Shown here: piece by piece, positions 16,365 to 20,461 of the stretch
How positions within the stretch are numbered: the first letter of the stretch is position 1
Layout: each line of letters opens with the position of its first letter
Source of the DNA: an uncultured archaeon
GTDB lineage: Archaea; Asgardarchaeota; Lokiarchaeia; Sigyniarchaeales; Promethearchaeaceae
Assembly: GCA_964426185.1 (NCBI GenBank)
Contig: CAYRPF010000052.1
Location: forward strand, 3,302 to 23,762
DNA length: 20,461 nucleotides
Direction of reading: 5' to 3'
The notes under the pieces: model-generated
What the model was told of the DNA's origin: nothing
Seen by the model: only the letters and a program-made list of their open reading frames with translations
Databases searched by the model: none
Position numbers and translations under genes: made by a program

Positions 16365-17123
16365 ATGAAAACTCAAACCCTCAAAATTTCATCCACCAAT
16401 CAAAATTCACTTAATGCCACTCTTTATCTTGCTTCAGACACTGAATTTTCTTCCAATCTTATAATACTATGCCATGGATTCACAGGAGATCAATATGAAT
16501 GGAAGCGCTTCCCTAAAGCAGCAGAAAAATTTGTGGAAGAAGGATTTACCGCCCTAACTTTTGATTTTTCAGGTTCGGGAAAAAACCGCCGTATCCCAAT
16601 AACCATTAAACAACAGGTGGAAGATTTAGAATCTGTTTTCAAATGGGCGCAAAATCAAGGATATCAGAAAATTTCCGTGATAGGATTGAGCTTTGGAGGT
16701 TTAACAGCCTTACTCGCCAAAATACCGGAACGAAAAACCACGGTCTTTTGGGCTCCCGCCTTTTTCATGCGAAGAATAATTGGTCCAAAAATAATTCTCA
16801 TGCGAATTATTGCTCTATTTCGGAAAAAACCAATCCAATTGCGTAAAAAACTGTTGCTTGATAAAACTTTTCTTGATACGATATATGGAATCGACATAAA
16901 TAAAACCCTTCAGAATTTTACGGAATCTTGCTTAATCATTCAAGGTGATAGAGATAGAGATGCTAAGCTGAAATATACGCAGAAAGCTTATGAATTAATG
17001 CCAAATAAGGAGATTAAAAAATTAGTTATAGTTCCTGGTGCAGATCATAATTTCAAAGGAGAGCATTTAGAGCAATTTATAGAACATTCAATCAAATGGA
17101 TAAAGGATCTTCATAATACATGA
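16365..17123 (+). CDS. Alpha/beta-fold serine hydrolase
   Basis: 'LCHGFTG', 'FDFSGSG', nucleophile elbow 'GLSFGG', 'IIQGDRD' and 'GADHNF' give a Ser-Asp-His triad. Confidence 0.92.
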   Translation: MKTQTLKISSTNQNSLNATLYLASDTEFSSNLIILCHGFTGDQYEWKRFPKAAEKFVEEGFTALTFDFSGSGKNRRIPITIKQQVEDLESVFKWAQNQGYQKISVIGLSFGGLTALLAKIPERKTTVFWAPAFFMRRIIGPKIILMRIIALFRKKPIQLRKKLLLDKTFLDTIYGIDINKTLQNFTESCLIIQGDRDRDAKLKYTQKAYELMPNKEIKKLVIVPGADHNFKGEHLEQFIEHSIKWIKDLHNT

Positions 17124-17132
17124 TTAATTCTT

Positions 17133-17681
17133 TTAACTCTTGATTAAACTTAAAAATTCTGTGCGGGTTTTTGGATCCTTCCGAAATACGCCATTCATGG
17201 ATGATGTGGTCATGATCGAATTTTGTTTTTCAACACCACGCATCATCATGCACAGATGTTGTGCTTCAATTACCACGGCAACACCCATTGCACCCGTATA
17301 TTCTAATATAGCATCAGCAATTTGCTTGGTCAATCGCTCTTGAATTTGCAGGCGGCGAGCAAAAACATCTACGATTCGAGCCATTTTGGATAAGCCAATG
17401 ATTTTGCCATTTGGAATATAGCCTAAATGACATTTACCGATAAAAGGTAACATGTGGTGTTCGCACATTGAATAAACTTCAATATTTTTGACGATAATCA
17501 TCTCGTCTGACTCGCTTTCAAATAGAGCCCCATTAATTACTTCTTTAATATTTTGGGTATAACCACGTGTGAGAAATTTCATAGCAGTGGCAGTTCTTTT
17601 TGGGGTTTTCAAGAGACCTTCTCTATCGGGATCTTCTCCCAGTTCAATGAGCATTTGACGAATAAGATTTTCCATGGGCAT
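17133..17681 (-). CDS. folE: GTP cyclohydrolase I, type IA (bacterial/eukaryotic FolE)
   Basis: '[16 protein letters not shown]', '[11 protein letters not shown]', '[22 protein letters not shown]' and 'HLCMMMRGV'. Start is probably ATG 17681 or 17675; the ORF track starts at 17714. Confidence 0.96.
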   Translation of the reverse strand: MPMENLIRQMLIELGEDPDREGLLKTPKRTATAMKFLTRGYTQNIKEVINGALFESESDEMIIVKNIEVYSMCEHHMLPFIGKCHLGYIPNGKIIGLSKMARIVDVFARRLQIQERLTKQIADAILEYTGAMGVAVVIEAQHLCMMMRGVEKQNSIMTTSSMNGVFRKDPKTRTEFLSLIKS

Positions 17682-17761
17682 TATGTTCTTTAATGGGTGC
17701 TTCCAAATAAACATAGGGAAAAAGATTCCCTCTTTTTTCCCCCATGAGAGGAGCAGTGAGA

Positions 17762-19003
17762 ATGAGAATCTTTCTGGAAGGTGATTTCATTGAGCTTTAT
17801 GATGGTAGTTTCTTTGAAGTAAAAGGATTTCAGCATCCAAACGGACAAGTGGTGGCACTTCCCAGATATCTGTCGCTTGATCGAATTCGAGAATTAACCA
17901 TCCAACAGCAGAAAGAGTGGTTATTCTCAAGTCCACGAAGAAAAAAAAAGCACACAGATGGTCAAGAAACGGTTTACTATAAAATCAAGGGATTAAAAGA
18001 GAAATTTGAGATTTTACCCATTTTATTTCCTGAAATTCAACTTAAACATCCCGAACGTGATTTCTTTCTACCTACAGTCCCTTATGGAATGATTAAAGAA
18101 CATTACAGACCCGAAAACAAGATAAAGAGTCTATTTTCTTATTACATGTCGGAATCGAACGACCAACTAACACCCGATTCGACAAACGGAAATAATTCCA
18201 GCTTGCTTCAAGATGGCCGAGACTTTATTCAAGTTCTCTGTGATTTAACCGGATTATCTTTGGACAGTTTCGGAATTACCGGATCATGCTTAGTGGGTTT
18301 AGAAAATCAGAATTCAGATTTGGATCTTATTATTTATGGGTTTTCAGCAGGTCAAAAAGTTCGGAAAGCATTATTCGATATAATCTCACAATCGATCAAA
18401 AAATTTGCCGGTCACCATAATTCCAAGATTTCAGAAAAAATCAAAAAGGATTCTCTAGAAATTCGTCCTTTTACCACTAATGAACTACGTTCTCTATATA
18501 ATTACCGAGTTCCTACAAAACACTATCAATTTAATCGATTTCTTCAAATGGAACAACGTAAACTCCATCAAGGTTTTTTCCGAGAGCGTGAATTTTTCTT
18601 TCGCTTTTTAGAACATAGCGATAGAAAACATTATCTGAGAAGCAACAATTACTATACATTTTCCATCCGAACACTCGGTCGAATTGTTATTTACGCTCAA
18701 GTGATTGGAGATGAATTTTGGTGGATAACACCTTCTCGAGTAAAATTAGGTCATGTACAAGTTGTTTCACCACCAACACTTACCACTAAAAGTCAAGAAT
18801 TGCTTGCTCATTATGGATTAAATATTTCTGAAATTCAGCAGACCTTCACATTGCGCGGAAGATTCACAGAAAATGTTCGCTTGCTCGAATGGGTAGAAAT
18901 CCATGGTATGTTAGAATTAGTTGAAGTATTTTCAGAAAAACCTCACACTTATTTGCAGATTTCACTGGGAAATAATCCGAAAGATCTATTACTCCCTCGA
19001 TAA
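17762..19003 (+). CDS. Archaeal predicted nucleotidyltransferase (Pol-beta/MNT superfamily, COG1665-like)
   Basis: 'EGDFIE...FEVKGFQHP', 'PRY', catalytic motif '[11 protein letters not shown]....SDLDLIIYG' and 'RGRFTE'. ATG 17762 follows a GAGGAG SD site; the ORF track starts at 17744. Confidence 0.82.
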   Translation: MRIFLEGDFIELYDGSFFEVKGFQHPNGQVVALPRYLSLDRIRELTIQQQKEWLFSSPRRKKKHTDGQETVYYKIKGLKEKFEILPILFPEIQLKHPERDFFLPTVPYGMIKEHYRPENKIKSLFSYYMSESNDQLTPDSTNGNNSSLLQDGRDFIQVLCDLTGLSLDSFGITGSCLVGLENQNSDLDLIIYGFSAGQKVRKALFDIISQSIKKFAGHHNSKISEKIKKDSLEIRPFTTNELRSLYNYRVPTKHYQFNRFLQMEQRKLHQGFFREREFFFRFLEHSDRKHYLRSNNYYTFSIRTLGRIVIYAQVIGDEFWWITPSRVKLGHVQVVSPPTLTTKSQELLAHYGLNISEIQQTFTLRGRFTENVRLLEWVEIHGMLELVEVFSEKPHTYLQISLGNNPKDLLLPR

Positions 19004-19007
19004 TTCA

Positions 19008-20369
19008 TTAAAGTTCTAATTCTCCGAACTTTCCGCCACCACCGGGTGTAATTGCAATATTATTATCCCGAAAAGCTTGAATCACTTCAGCTACCTTTCT
19101 ATATTTTTCTGCCATCTGGGTAAGATCTTTATCAACCAAAATAAAGCATTCTTTTCCGTTATCTTTCAGTAAGTTCTGATAAGCAATTTGCACTCTTTTA
19201 GATCTCAAAGATTTAATCCCCAATATTTTAGCCAATAGTTCAATTAATGGAATGATATGTAAATATGGGGGGCGATGAACTGGATGATGTGCTCTTTCCC
19301 AAGTGCCTAATTCATTAATCCGCTCACTAACACCCAATTGAAGTGTGGGAACTTTTGCATTCTGTTTTTTCGGATCACGGTTCAATTGGATATTTTTTCT
19401 GCAAGCAGGGCACTCCACCCGCTTTTTTGCCACCAATTGCAAAAATTTCTGTTCTTTTTGGGTTGTAGGGAATTCGTAATAGAGAAAATCATCATCCCAT
19501 TTCTTGACAGGAAATCCAAAAAGATTTTTTACCGAATTTTGCATGTGAGAACTATCTTTTACAATAGAGCGAATTGTTCGCCGACGACATTTCGTACAAA
19601 ACATCTTATAATATTTCCCCAACCTTGGATCTAATCCCACATTTAAAATTATTTTTCTACCTTCCTTTCGTAAAAGTGCTTTTTTAATTTCCTCAAAATT
19701 CAGCGCTTCAATTTGAAACCGGTTAAATTCTCTTCCCACTGAATCCACTCCTTCAGAATGTGCATCACTATTGCTGATAAATGTGATATTTTGAAGTTCT
19801 TCCATGCGATCGGCTAAATATGTATCAGCAGACAACCCTAATTCTAAAAACGCGAGTTTTTTCACTGATGTCCCGTAAGCAGATCGCAAAGAGCCAAATT
19901 TGCCCTGTCGAAAAATAGATTTAAAAGGAGTAAAAGCATGGGCAGGCCCGATTAAACCATTGACTTCCTCGACAATTTCAACCAATTCTCCAGGACTCCG
20001 ATGGACGTGCGGACGACCTGCCCATCTTCCTGTAATATTTTTTACATAGGGAGAAATTCTTTCCACAAGAGCATCAACCGCTGAAAAATCGGGTAGAAGA
20101 ACTAATTGATGGATAGATTCCGCATCTTCTAGTTCAGTTTGGAGAATAAAGGCAGTATCTTTGAAATATAGAGAATTTTCTCTTTTTTCTAAATTTTTTC
20201 GCATGTAACTAAGCCAATTAGGTTGGGTGATATCTCCTGTGCCTAATACATCAATTCCTTTCATGGATGCAGTGTTATTTAATGTATCTAAAGAAATTTT
20301 TTGCGACACGGCTATTGAATAAGGTGAATGAAGATGAAGATCAGCGTTGTAGGTGGGCAAATTATTCAT
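19008..20369 (-). CDS. endoQ: Endonuclease Q family protein (TIGR00375-type PHP domain plus Zn ribbon)
   Basis: 'ADLHLHSPYS', 'GTGD', 'PAHAFTP', 'ELGLSAD', 'SNSDAHS', 'GREFN', 'GLDPRLGKY', CxxC...CPxC, 'GVSERI.EL', 'RPPYLHIIPL' and 'PGGGGKFG'. Confidence 0.9.
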   Translation of the reverse strand: MNNLPTYNADLHLHSPYSIAVSQKISLDTLNNTASMKGIDVLGTGDITQPNWLSYMRKNLEKRENSLYFKDTAFILQTELEDAESIHQLVLLPDFSAVDALVERISPYVKNITGRWAGRPHVHRSPGELVEIVEEVNGLIGPAHAFTPFKSIFRQGKFGSLRSAYGTSVKKLAFLELGLSADTYLADRMEELQNITFISNSDAHSEGVDSVGREFNRFQIEALNFEEIKKALLRKEGRKIILNVGLDPRLGKYYKMFCTKCRRRTIRSIVKDSSHMQNSVKNLFGFPVKKWDDDFLYYEFPTTQKEQKFLQLVAKKRVECPACRKNIQLNRDPKKQNAKVPTLQLGVSERINELGTWERAHHPVHRPPYLHIIPLIELLAKILGIKSLRSKRVQIAYQNLLKDNGKECFILVDKDLTQMAEKYRKVAEVIQAFRDNNIAITPGGGGKFGELEL

Positions 20370-20461
20370 AAAATATAAGAATTACAGAGAAGTTAAAATT
20401 TAGCTTCTGACCAAGAAGAAATAAGAAGAATAAATAAAGAAAAAAAGACTGTTTCTACATA

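Noticed and set aside
1139-19634. Short alternative-frame or antisense ORFs in the track (for example 1139-1348, 1987-2178, 3069-3296, 6566-6883, 8748-8975, 12826-13062, 17140-17343, 19338-19634)
   Set aside because: All lie essentially within confidently identified genes, lack recognisable motifs, and look like shadow ORFs.
17762-20369. Nucleotidyltransferase plus nuclease as a CBASS-like or MNT-HEPN defence system
   Set aside because: The genes are convergent, not operonic. The NTase lacks recognisable CD-NTase features, and the nuclease is a housekeeping EndoQ-type repair enzyme.

Overview
AT-rich, densely coding archaeal window with 18 supportable CDSs. Archaeal uS2, SRP19, MptD and EndoQ, BRE/TATA-type promoters and a mosaic of bacterial-type metabolic genes suggest an Asgard/Lokiarchaeia-like host; this taxon call is inference. 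The left part encodes a sugar-phosphate nucleotidyltransferase-like protein with a degenerate signature, SRP19 with a Lys-rich tail, a bacterial-type monomeric NADP-IDH, a GH127 glycosidase paired with a membrane protein, and an isolated rps2 preceded by a structured leader. The centre and right (about 7.9-19 kb) form a methanopterin-like pterin C1-carrier biosynthesis cluster: beta-RFA-P synthase, MptD, DUF447, DUF1464, a ferredoxin-less dihydromethanopterin reductase-like flavoprotein and an MJ0107/Orf20-type DHPS-like protein. Unusually, the cluster has a bacterial type IA FolE and no visible MptA/MptB or MptE. It is interleaved with orphan enzymes (AIR-synthase-like ATPase, C45 Ntn-hydrolase, alpha/beta hydrolase, COG1665-like nucleotidyltransferase) that are candidates for unassigned steps or for building a variant cofactor. 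I saw no tRNA, rRNA, CRISPR array or mobile element. Family assignments come from motif recognition by eye; no database searches were run.
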